Assembly (NCBI RefSeq): GCF_009914755.1
Contig: NC_060929.1
Reading direction: 5' to 3' (one strand)
DNA length: 64,000 nucleotides
DNA from: the human T2T-CHM13v2.0 reference genome, Homo sapiens
Shown here: positions 43,621 through 64,000 of the stretch, piece by piece
Layout: each line of letters opens with the position of its first letter
Position numbering within the stretch: the stretch's first letter is position 1
Translations under genes and position numbers: made by a program
The notes under the pieces: generated by a model
What the model was told of the DNA's origin: nothing
Seen by the model: only the letters and a program-made list of their open reading frames with translations
Database searches by the model: none

Positions 43621-46014
43621 TAGTGCAGACGGGATTTCATCATGTTGGCCAGGCTGGTCTCGAACTCCTGACCTCGTGAACCACCTGCCTTGTTCTCCCA
43701 AAGTGCTGGGATTACAGGCGTGAGCCGCCGCACCCAGCCTATTCAGGCCATTTGCCCATTTTTAAATTTTGTTGTTTGTTTTCTTCCTATTGAGTTGTTT
43801 GAGCTCCTTATTTATTTTGAAAATTAACCCCTTATCAGATGTATGGTTCACAAATATTTTCTCCCATTCTATAGGCATCTCTTCGCTTTGTCAATTGTTT
43901 CCTTTTCTGGGCAGAAGTTTTTTAGTTTGATGTAGTCCCATGTGTAAACTTTTGCTTTTGTTGCCTATGGTTTTAGGTTCATATTCAAAAAATTATTGCC
44001 CGGGCCAATATCATAGAGCTGTTCCCCTATATTTTCTTTTAGTAGTTTTACAGTTTCAGATCTTATATTTAAGTCTTTATTCCATTTTGAGTTGATTTTT
44101 GTATATGGTGTGAGAGGAGGGCCTAATTTCATTATTTGAAATGTGGACATACCGTTTTCCCAACACCATTTATTGAAGATGTGGTCTATTGTGTTCTTGG
44201 CACCTTTGTTGAAAATTAACCATAAATGTGTGGATTTATCTCTAGGCTCTTTGTTCTGTTCCACTGATTACATGTTTTTATGCCAGCACTATGCTGTTAT
44301 GTTTTTTTTAAAGTTTTATTTTGTTTCTATTGGCACATAATAATTTATCGGCACATATTTACAGGGTACAGTGTGATGTTTTTACATATGTATAGATTGT
44401 ATACCAATCAAATTTGGGTAATTAGCATATCCATCACCTCAAACACTTGTCATTTCTTTGTGGTAAGAACATTCAAAATCCCCTCTTCTAGCTATTTTGA
44501 AATATACACACATTACTGTTAACTCTAGTCACCCCACTCTGCAATAGAAGAGCAGAACTTATACCTCCTATCTAACTGTAACTTTGTGTCTGTTGACCAA
44601 TCTCCATCCATTCTTCTTTTTCCCTTATCCTTCCCAGCCTCTGGTAACTACTCTTCTACTTTCTACTTTTAAGAGATCAACTTTTTTAGATTCCACATAT
44701 GAGTGCGATCATGCGGTATTTGTCCTTCTGTGCTTGGCTTATTTTAACTTATCAACTTCAGGCTCACATTTGAGTATTTCTATAACTTTGACTTTACTTT
44801 GACATATAATTGCCAGGTCAAATCTTGTAAATTTCAAATTTAAATATATGTTTTCAAATGGTCCTCCAAGTTATCTTTATTAATTTAGCAGTGGGGGATG
44901 AGAATGTTTCCCCTTATTCTTCCCAATACCTGAGAAATTGGGGGCACAGTTACGACTAAGCAATAGTTGACTATTGTCACATGGAAATTTATGCCTGGTG
45001 GTAAAAGTTATTTTTCAAAAGAAGCTGAAATTCAGACACTTTAAGTAAAATCTCCTGATTTTTTAATGTCGTCAACTAATTGCATCTTTAAATAAACGTT
45101 TGCTACAAGCCAGTTTCAACCTGCATGCCACCAGTTTGCAAACTCTGGAGAAGTTGATCTTGAAGAGATCGCTAGAGATCAATTGCAAACCCTGGAGCAG
45201 TTGATCTAACAAGACACAGGACAAGTCATGACAAGGCAGTAAATTAGATGGTCAAGTGCACAGGTTGGACCTATTGTTTCCCTGGGGCACATATTTCCAG
45301 CTACTCTAGGGTAAAATGTGTGTTTCTCAGGCTGGGTTGAGCATCTCAGGTGAGCTTGGAAGTCATACTAAGGACATATTTCTACAGTATCCATTCATAA
45401 CATGGACTGCAACTGCTAGAGCAGCTGGAAGCAAGCACCTGAGGCAGCTCAAGTGGAGGAAGGCCCTCCCCCTGGAGCTATTGACTCTTCTCCAGGAGCA
45501 ATTAAGAAACTGTTGAAGAAAAGGATAAAGAGGGAGCCTACCAACAGGTTGTTTGCTGGGGGACCCAGGGATCCCATTGATCTCTGCCACCCCCAGATAT
45601 CTTATGAAAACCTGAAAATGCCAACAAGTCTTGAGCGAGACTCATTGCAATTTTTCCTGCATTTCTCATCTTGGTAAACGTCATCATCAATCAACCAGAA
45701 AAAAAGACCACTAAGGGGTTTCACACCTCTACGCTATTTCTATCTTGCAATGAATTTTGGTCTCCACCTGGGTGGAGAATTCTTGCTGGCCCTTCACAGG
45801 TCAGCTAAAATGTTATCTCCTCCAAGATACCTCCCAAACTGTATTTGTTGTGGTATTACTTTCTCCCCACTCTGTTTTCCCACAGCATTTTTACGCCTCT
45901 CTTAAAATACTTATATTTCTCTATTGCAGTGTTCTGCTTTACCTCTTTATCTTCCTAACTAAGGTCCTCAAGGAGGAGTCAGCACCTCGAGGAAGGTTTT
46001 ACCCGATTCATTTA

Positions 46015-54169
<8,155 letters not shown>

Positions 54170-54247
54170 CCTATTTCATAAAATACGGCCTCACTGAGAG
54201 GCACATATTGTGCACATTTCAACTTCAGTAGTTAAGAGTGTGAAATT

Positions 54248-54528
<281 letters not shown>

Positions 54529-55623
54529 AGTGTGAAATTACATTTGCATAATCAAGTTAGAGTAGTCAAGATCTTTACAGATTTTCTTCAACAGCAAAAA
54601 GAAATATTTCATTTTGCTATAAACAAGATGATGTCAAGCTTACTTTTGGATAACTGTGTGGGAGTTGGGCAGAAGGCCTGGCCTGTGTCTCCATATGGTG
54701 CTTTCCAGATGACTCTTTTGTTATCTGATTCCTTGAAGCCATACCTCAACATTTGACTCTCTCTATTGGACTCATCTTTAGCTCAAACATTTCTTCTTTC
54801 TGTCTAAAGAATGAGACATACTTGCAGTGGAAATTTAAGTTACCACTAGAGAAAAAGAAAAACAAGTAACAAAAGGAAGAGATTTTCATAAGTAAGAGAG
54901 TCTAGAAAATATTTAATAGATAATATTTCTATTATAGGGTTAGAAATTTTAGCAGGAGATTATTAGGAAGGCTGTGATTTTAACTATGGATGATTTTTCA
55001 TGAGGCTTATTTGGATGCCACATCATTTTTTATGTGAAATTAGAACTTAGAAAAATTATGCCAGTGGTTATTTCTGTTAATGGGACCATAGGTAACTTTT
55101 CTTTTCATCTCTTGCTTATCCATATGTTTTTATATTTATCACTATTCAACTTGTATTAGAAAAAAACACATTATGACCTCGGAATTAATATAGTATTATT
55201 AAATAACACACTGAAAGCATAGCTATAAAGAAAAAGAGCAACAAATCCTATTGTAATAAAACCAAGATCTTCTGTTGAGAAAAACTTCAATAAAGTGAAA
55301 ATGAAAGCCACAAATGGAAAGAAACATATAAATAATAAAGGATTGATGTGCGCTATACGTAAAGGATGCTAACAAATCAATTAGGAAAAGAGAATACATC
55401 CAATTGAAAAATAGGCAAGAGACATGAACAGATATTTCATTAAAGAGGAAGATCTGGTCCCTAATATGTGTACGAGAAGGCACTCAATATCATCAGTAAT
55501 CAGAGAAATGCAAATTGAAATGTCAACTATATGCTATTTTATATCCACTGAATTGAAAAAAGTTAAAAGAAATAGCCTTCAATCAATACCAAATGCTGAT
55601 AACAACGTGTAGCTACAGGTGCT

Positions 55624-55650
55624 TTTTTTTTTTTTTTTTTTCTACTTTAA
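55624..55650 (-). mobile_element. Ultra-short L1 3'-end/poly(A) insertion
   Basis: 15-bp TSD GTAGCTACAGGTGCT at 55609 and 55651; insert reads TTAAAGTAG(A)18 on minus. Confidence 0.75.
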
Positions 55651-55756
55651 GTAGCTACAGGTGCTCTTATCCATGCTAATGGCAGTAAAACTGGTTCAAC
55701 CACTTTGGAACACAAGTTGACACTGTGGAGCAAAGTTGATAGTGTACACTCCTTAT

Positions 55757-56240
55757 ATGCTGGCTATTTTCCATTTGCCTTTCTGGACCCCTTCTCCACT
55801 TGTCTTCCCACTGTTCTGTGCCTGGGAGGCTGACTCACACACAGTGCATCACAAACTGCCTTCATGCGTATATCTGGATTTGGCTGACTGTGGCTGCAGA
55901 TCTGAAGGCAGAAGGAGAGTGAGGGCAACTTATTCATCTCCCAGCTCCATGCTCCCTTGCCTGCGCAGTTTGCTGGTGGCTATGTTCTTCTCCTAACCAC
56001 CACAACTTCAGTCTGACAGCCCTCTTCCTCAGTTCTCACTCTACGTCCTGGGAACTGTTCCTTCCGGTCTTAGGGTGCTGACAGCTCATGCTGCTTTGAA
56101 CCCTAGGATGCTTCACCATCCTGTTCGTTGTTCTCAACCCTGTGTCATGCTTGTAAATAGTTCCTGCACTGAACTGCTTCAATTCAATTGAAGACAATTG
56201 GAGTGTATGTCATCTATCACCTATGGCAACCTTGACTAAA
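55757..56240. mobile_element. LTR33 (ERVL)
   Basis: TTTCCATTTGCC...CTGTGCCTGGGAGGCTGAC...GAAGGAGAGTGAGG. Confidence 0.65.
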
Positions 56241-56285
56241 ATGAAACATGACCTAAGAATTTCACATCTGGGCATATACACTGGA

Positions 56286-56624
56286 GCAGTGTTGTGCAGC
56301 CGAAATCTAAAGCAAGCCACACATGTGAGCACACATGTAACTTGAAATTTTCCAGGAGCCACATTTCTAAAAGTTAAAGGAAGCTGGTGAAATTAATGTT
56401 AACAATACTTAACCTAGGATATCAAAAACATTAACATTTGAACATGTAATCCATATAAAAATTATTAATGAGATACTTTACATTCTTTTCTTTGAGGTAA
56501 ATCTTGAAAATTGAGTGTGTATTACATAATTACAGCACATCACATTTTGGACCATGTTGTGCACATTTCAAGCGCAGAATAAGAATAGCCGCACGTGGCT
56601 AGTGACTACCGTACTGGGCACCAC
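56286..56624. mobile_element. MER33 (hAT-Charlie)
   Basis: GGTGAAATTAAT...AACATGTAATCCATATAAAAATTATTAATGAGATA...GTGGCTAGTGACTACCGTA. Confidence 0.8.
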
Positions 56625-56785
56625 AATCCTACAGAAAACTCTTGCATAAGTTTCCCAAGAGACAGCCTGACCATCCCAACATTAAGGCATATTGCTTCCA
56701 CACAAACAGAAAAGGATTGCCTCTGGTTGGTTGCAAGTATTTCTCATCCATCTTCTTCAAACCAAATACTCCTTGTTTACAATGA

Positions 56786-57129
<344 letters not shown>

Positions 57130-57288
57130 TAATGAAAGGTTTAGGAAACTGCACCAGTTACAGAGTTGGGTGGGAGGAAACTGAAAAAGGTAGGTTTGGG
57201 TCCAGTTACCGTGTTCTCTCACTCGTCACAGAAAAGTCCCTGTATGATCTCTCATTCTCTGCCTACTCCCTTTTTTAACAGTCTTTTT

Positions 57289-57506
57289 TTAAAATTATCA
57301 TTATTATTATACTTTAAGTTTTAGGCTACATGTGCACAATGTGCAGGTTAGTTACATATGTACACATGTGCCATGTTGGTGTGCTGTACCCATTAACTTG
57401 TCATTTAACATTAGGTATATCTCCAAATGCTATCCCTCCCCCTCCCCCCACCCCACAACAGGCCCCGATGTGTGATGTTCCCCTTCCTGCGTCCATGTGT
57501 TCTCAT
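57289..57506 (-). mobile_element. Short L1PA 3' end
   Basis: TATACTTTAAGTTTTAGG...CCCCACAACAGGCCCC; TSD TTTTAACAGTCTTTTT at ~57273 and ~57507. Confidence 0.92.
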
Positions 57507-57712
57507 TTTTAACAGTCTTTTTAATTAAGTATTTTCATTCTATCATTTGCACCTCTTTCTCTGCTCCTGTCCCACAACATACTCCTGTGGCCAAGCTACT
57601 TCTTCCTAATAAGTCTCAGGCCTCTGGCCCCTTCTGTGTTTTGCAAGCTCCACAACCTCTGTTAATTATTGCGTATCAGTGATTATTTTCCTGACTATAG
57701 GAGTAGCAGATG

Positions 57713-58078
57713 TGTATTAGTCTGTTCTCATGCTGCTAATAAAGACATACCTGAGACTGTGTAATTTAGAAAGAAAAAGAGGTTTAATAGACTCATAGTT
57801 TCATATGACTGGGGAGGCCTCACAATCATGGCAGAAGGTAAAGGAGGAGCAAAGTCACATCTTACACGGTCGCAAGCAAGAGAGCCTGTACAGGGGAGCT
57901 GCCCTTTATAAAACCATCAGATCTCATGAGACTTAGTCACCATCATGAGAACAGCATGGGAACAACTGGCCTCCGTGATTCAATTACCTTCCACTGGGTC
58001 CCTCCCACAACATGTGGGGATTATGGGAGCTACAATTCAAGATGAGGATTTGGGTGGGGACACAGTCAAACCATATCA
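57713..58078 (-). mobile_element. THE1 solo LTR
   Basis: TGTATTAGTCTGTTCTCATGCTGCTAATAAAGAC...GGGGACACAGTCAAACCATATCA; 5-bp TSD AGATG/AGGTG. Confidence 0.9.
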
Positions 58079-59459
58079 AGGTGAGAGAGCAAGTTCTGAT
58101 CTTGGTGGAAGGAAAGCCTTCACCCCTTCCTTCCAAGAATTCTCATTCTCAAAGCTGCATTGTGCATATGTCTTTAATATATGTAGTGATCTCCATTTCA
58201 CTCATGCTTTTGGAAATGAACCACTCCATTCCATGAAGGCTAGGGGAAGGTCTTACCAAATTCCCTCTCAGATTTTAAAGAATTCACTTGGAGTAAAGAA
58301 AGGTGAAAATTAGGAAAGAACAACAACAAAAAGAACCAATTTTAAAGAGAGAGAAAATACAACTTTTAAAGCTTTATTTTGGGTTAAGATTATAGCTGCA
58401 GGGAATGATAATTGAGTAGATATTAATGTGCAAAGTGCTGTCTAAATAATTATGGCTGGCAATGGTATTCAATTATCATTTTTGAAGATAGAAAACATTT
58501 AGAGACGGTCAGGTTAACAGGGTGCTAATTCCAGAAGGCAAGCATTTTAAAGTGTTGGTGGGAAAGTTGCCACATTAGAGACTAATTTATTTTAAGTACA
58601 AATCAATAGCCAATTTACAGGATAAAGTGAAGGTATTTTGTAAAGTGTAAAAAATGATGCTGTTGTAAGAGATTAACTTTATTACCAGATAAGATGTGGC
58701 AAGTTTTACAGAGAGAAATGCCACCTGTTCTACCCAATACCCTATATTCTTCCCCTATTCTACCCATCTACCTTCCTTTTCTTACCCCAGCTACTCCAAA
58801 GAAAGAAAAATGGCCAGTTTGGTCAGATATCAAGACCTTTACAGGAATATGGTTGGCCAATGGAGGGATCAGGGCCACCAAGTGTCAGAAAAGCTATTCT
58901 GCTTTCTACCTCCCTCTGTCAAAGTCACCTGTGCAAGACTTGCCTCTTGGGGCTAGGACAGCTGGCATCTCTCCAGTGGGGCACAGGTATATTAGGGGCT
59001 CAGTACCCATTCAGTCCCAGCCAGCCCTCTTCCCTCTGACCCGGCCTAAAGCCCACTTCCCTCCTACTTGCAAGAGTGGCTTATTAAGGGTCCCAAGATT
59101 TGAAAACAGGAAGAATGCAGGAGCCCTTTATACCTCAGTCTTGAGCTTTGTTCTCCAATTCAGGGAGAATGTGAAGCTCTGTTTTAATTTTTTTTTTTTT
59201 TTTTTTTTGGTTCAAAGAGGGAAGTGGGGAGGTGGGGAGAATGGTGAGAATATAGGATGCCTGTTCCACTTTCAATAAACAGTATAATATTTTTTCCATT
59301 TTGCTATTGTTCTTTATATGTGTTATTCTCTTTGCAAAAAAAAAAAAAAAAAAAACTGCAGAGAACAGGGCAAGTAGTAGACATCAGCCAACAAAATCCA
59401 ATTTTTATCCCAATATCCCACATTATTCTCCAACCCCAAGAAATTTGGCTAGTGTCTGT

Positions 59460-59642
59460 GTGAGATTTAAAAATATAGAACACTCAATTAAATTTGAATT
59501 TCAGATAAACAATTGGCATTTTTCAGTATAAGTATGTCCCAAATATTGCATGACACATATTTATACTACATTTTTGTTATTTGTCTGAACTTCAAATTTA
59601 ACTTGGCTTCCTGTATTTTTATTTGCTAAATCTCACAATCCT
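59460..59642. mobile_element. MER53 palindromic MITE
   Basis: TTAAATTTGAATTTCAGATAAAC...TGTCTGAACTTCAAATTTAA inverted arms around AGTATAAGTATGTCCCAAATATTGCATG. Confidence 0.8.
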
Positions 59643-59669
59643 TTATCTACGTTCTGATTCTCTCCAGAA

Positions 59670-59925
59670 GTAGTTAGTGCAATGTCTAAGAAAGAACAAG
59701 GAGACTAGAGCCGTACAGACCTGGGTTTGAATACGTGCTCTGTCACTCATCAGCTGTCAGATCTTGGGGAATATATGTCACCAAAGTCAGTTCAGCTTCC
59801 TCACCTGAAAAAACAAAGATAACAATAGTGCCCAGTTTATGGGGTTGTTGTAAAGACGAAATAAGTTGATGCATGTAAAGCACTTAAAATAGTGCTTGGT
59901 AGGTATGAAGTGTTCAGTAATATTT
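59670..59925 (+). mobile_element. MIR
   Basis: AGACCTGGGTTTGAAT...CAGCTTCCTCACCTG...ATGTAAAGCACTTA. Confidence 0.75.
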
Positions 59926-60964
59926 GTATTAAAAGGCTTTCTGGTATGGCAGCAAATATCATTCAATGGCAGTTCTTTGGTGCCCGTCCTATGCTCCAAT
60001 TTATAGATCAATTTATATAAACCCAAAGTCTTCTTCACAGGGAATCTGATATGTTTACCCAGGCCCTTACACCCTTTCTAATGGAGCCTGTCAGCCGATG
60101 AGTCTCTCAACTCTTTCGTAGTGAGAGAAGCACATCAAAATGCTCTGAGAGCAACATTCTTAAATCCTCTTATAAAAAACAGGCAAAAATTAGCAAGGAT
60201 GTTTCTATTCAGAAATAGGTTAACCCCTTTTTCCTTTTGCTACAAAAAGAAATGTCTACTGAAATTGTGCTGAAACAGCTGGAGGGATGTAACACTGGAA
60301 GTTATATGAGCTAGTTCAAGAAAGGAACACAGGGAAAATAACTTTACTGTTTATGAACTCTTTTCATTATTACAGAAGTTATTAAAGTGTCTGGAAGGGC
60401 TCTCGCCAAACCTAGCTATTGTGTTTATGCCTCTAATAGTACTGGGATGGGCAATTCACTGTTTGTCCCCTTTGCTTTTTTTTTTTTAAATAAAACTATT
60501 TTTATATCTGACTTGTGTGGTTAAGTTATTTAGAAAATATAACAAAAACAAGTAATATCTGCTCATGAGACTCTATTTCAAAGTACAATCTCTCATCACC
60601 TACTCTCACTCCCAATAAAGACACCATTAGTCAATTTTTTATATATCATTTTAGAAATTTCTGTGACTCCACAAGAATATATATAACACAGCCTTCAAAA
60701 ACCAGAGCAAGGTTTTACTCTACATAACTGTTGAACAACTTGCTTTTGTCATTTATCTTACTATGGAAACTTTTCCAAATCAATACGTATACATTTTCTT
60801 CAATCTTTTATATAAGCCTGTCTTCTATAGTGTAAATGTACCAAACTTAACTGCTCTACAAGAAGTGGTTATAGAAATACTGGTTTAGGAAAAGCTAGGC
60901 TCTTTGGGGCGTGCAGTCATTTATCTAATCTTGTAAGTAACTTCAGTGGATTAAATTTTCCCTT

Positions 60965-63110
60965 ATAGGTGAACGAAAATGAAAACACAGCATACAAAAA
61001 TAGTATGCAGCAAAAGCGGTGCTCAGAAAAAAGATTATAAAATAATACCAAAAACAATGCTATGCTAACAAATTAGACAAATAAGATGAAATAAGAGCAT
61101 TCCTAGAAACACAGAAACTGCTAAAACTGACTCAAGATAAAATGGAAAATCTGAATAGAACAATAACAATTAAAGAGACTGAGTTAGTAATTTTATAAAA
61201 TCTTTCTAGACAGAAAAGTCCAGGACCAGATGGCTTCACTGGTGAATTCTACCAAATGTTTAAAGACGAACTAACACCAGTCCTTCCAAAGTGTGAAAAA
61301 GGAGGAAATACTTCCTACCTCTTTCTATGAGGCCAATATTACGCTGATACCAAGAGAGGACAAAAACATCACAAGAAAGAAAACCACAGACCTGTCTCCC
61401 TTATGAATACGGATGCAAAATCTTGAATAAAATGCTAGCAAACTGAATGCCAGCACCTAGCAGCATACAAAAATGATTGTGATATACAAAAAAGGATTCC
61501 TATTATAACTGAGATTTTGTATTTATTTTTTGTAGAGACAGGGGGGTCTTGCTATGTTGCTTACGCTGGTCTTGAACTCCTGGCCTCAAGCAATCCTCCT
61601 GCCTCGACCTCTAAAAGTGCTAGAATTATAGGCGTGAGCCACCATGACTAGCCTGAGTGAGATTTATTTCAGGAATTTAAGGTTAGTACAACTTATGAAA
61701 AACAATCAATGTAATACGACAAATTAACAGAATAAAGGACAAAAACAACATGATTATCTCATTAGATAATGAATGAACACATCTGTGAAAAATCCAGTTA
61801 ATATCATATTTAATAGTGAAAGACTAAAAATGTTCTTCCTAAGATCAGGAATAAAATAAGGATGTGTGCTCTCACCACTTCTATTCAACATTTTACTGGC
61901 AGTTCTAACCAGGAAAACAGGCAAGAAAAAGCAATAAAAAGCATCCAGATTGGTAAGGAAAAAGTAAAACTACATCGATTTGTACAAAATCCATAGAAAA
62001 CTATTAGAGCTAATAGACAAGTTTGAAGGATACAATAGCAGTATAAAAATCAATTATATTTCTGTACACTAGAAATGAACAATCAATAATGAAACTAAGA
62101 AAACAACTCCATTTGTAATAACTAAAAAATAAAATACTTAGGAATAAATTTAACAAAGGAAATACAAGATTTGTTTACTGAATGACTAAATATCATTGAA
62201 AGAAATTAAAGAAAACCTAAATAAATGCAATGATGACCCATGCTCATGAATTGGAAGACTTAATATTATTCAGATAGCAATACTCCCCCATGTTGACCCA
62301 AAGATTCAATGAAATACCTGTGAAATTCTAACTATTTTTTTCCAGAAATGAACAAGATAATTCTAATGTTCATGTAGAAATGCAAGAGCCAAAAATCTCC
62401 TGAAAAAGAATGAAATTTTTTCTTACTTCAAAACATGATACAAAGCTCAAGTATTACAAACAGTATGGAACTGATACAGGATAAGCATATAAATCAACCT
62501 AATAGAACTGTGATTCTAGACATAAGCCATAAGCCAATATATCTATGGTCAATTGATGTTTACCCAGAGTGCCAAGACCATTCAACAAGTAAAGAATAGT
62601 CTTTTCAACAAATGTTGCTGGGACAAGTCTCATTTCTACATGTAAAAGAGTGAAGTTGGACTCTTACTTCACCCCATATAAAAATTAACTCAAATGGATC
62701 AAAGACCTAAATGTAAGAGCTACAGTTATACATCTCTTAGAAGAGATGTGTAAATCCTTGTGACCTTGGACTAGGCAATGTTTTCTTACCTATAACACCA
62801 AAGCATACACAGCAACAACAAAAATGGGTGAATGGACCTCATCAAAATGAAAAACTTGTGTGTGCCAAAGAACACTATCCACAAGGTGAAAAGGCAACCC
62901 ACATAATGGGACAAAAATATTTGCACATATGTATCTGATAAGAGTCTAACATCCAGCATATACAAAGAACTCTTACTATTCAACAGTAATAAAAATGTTC
63001 TGGAATTAGAGAGTGGTAATGGTTGCACAAACTTGTAAATGTACTAAAACCCACTGAACTGTTTTCAAATGGTGAGTTTTATGATATGTGGATATCAATT
63101 AAAATATTTT
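60965..63110 (+). mobile_element. L1MB-like ORF2/3' fragment with an inserted Alu monomer (-, 61515-61654)
   Basis: CCAGGACCAGATGGCTTCACTGGTGAATTCTACC; ATGTTCTGGAATTAGAGAGTGGTAATGGTTGCACAA. Confidence 0.85.
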
Positions 63111-64000
63111 TAACAGAATTCCCTTCACATATTTAGTCAACTGATTCTGTATGTACGTGCTTATTTATTTGAGAAGTGTTGATCAAGTTCCATCCGTATG
63201 TCTGACACTATTCCTCTGTGGAGGATGAAAAACCAATGGTTCCCACCTTCAGGATGGGGAGGGCTGTGAGCCACAGGGAGGGTGGAAATTAGTAAGACGA
63301 AGGCAGGAATTGGAGATAGTATTAGAAAAGCAAAGCCTAGGGCAGTCATGTTGGTGAGGGGAGAGCCCTGGCCTTGAAGTTGAACTGCACGTATGGGCTG
63401 AGTGATAGTCGTTAAGTCATTTAATATCTCAAGGTATTTATTCTGTTTTCCATTCATGTCACTAATGGGACTATGCATCTCTGCCTGGCTGATATTTAAC
63501 ATAAGAAGACAGTCAGGGACCATTTAGCTCAGTGCCCACTACGTGTGCAATGTCGAGCACCTATTCATGGAATCTGATTTCCCCCTGAGCTCAGGAAGCT
63601 CAGGGGGAAAGCTGGCTCCTTCAGAGCCAAGTTCAAGGATTTTCAGAATGCCCTTTTCTGGCTGTGTTTCTGACCAAAATTCATATTCCAGAAAGGGTGA
63701 GAACCTAGATGGATTTTCATAGGTGGGGGGTCATTTGGAGTCAGCAGGAATGCACATCTTGGCTAACAATACTACTAAGACCCAAGGCTATATTCTGTAG
63801 GGGATACTGGATACTCCGAAGGAAGACATGGGGTCCATTTGCAAAAGGAGACATGGCTGGTGGGTAGACAGAAACTATAATGTCCCTTATAACTATCTAA
63901 CCCCACACTCCTTGCAAGCCTTAACCACCCTGGCCTCACAGAACCTCCTCCTCAGAGTCCTTTCTTTCCATCCTTAGTACAATATGGTTCTGAAATCCAC

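Noticed and set aside
58694-59278. 194-aa ORF
   Set aside because: No recognisable homology, runs through a poly(T) tract, no supporting gene structure

Overview
Primate, human-like non-coding genomic DNA. I found no intact protein-coding gene, RNA gene or CRISPR array. Much of the window is Alu, L1, L2/MIR, MaLR/ERV LTRs and MER DNA transposons. The first ~14 kb is a very Alu-dense mosaic that looks like a segmental duplication. It carries a DNM1 3' fragment with two alternative terminal exons, a NIFK processed pseudogene inserted in the middle of an Alu, and one orphan SIN3A exon; this mix resembles the chromosome 15 GOLGA/DNM1P duplicon family (inference). The most unusual item is an IFIH1 (MDA5) helicase exon with intact splice sites and intron flanks, lying antisense directly behind an L1PA poly(A) tail and inside a shared target-site duplication (TSD). 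This is best read as an L1 3' transduction. Other notable items: a polyadenylated MER41 LTR retrocopy, a 27-nt L1 insertion, a two-LTR MaLR provirus split by an L1, divergent CTCF motifs, an RFX X-box and two perfect inverted repeats. Gene and repeat identities come from recalled sequences, not database searches, and repeat boundaries are approximate. I cannot support a genuinely new biological system; the candidates are exon-shuffling and retrotransposition relics.
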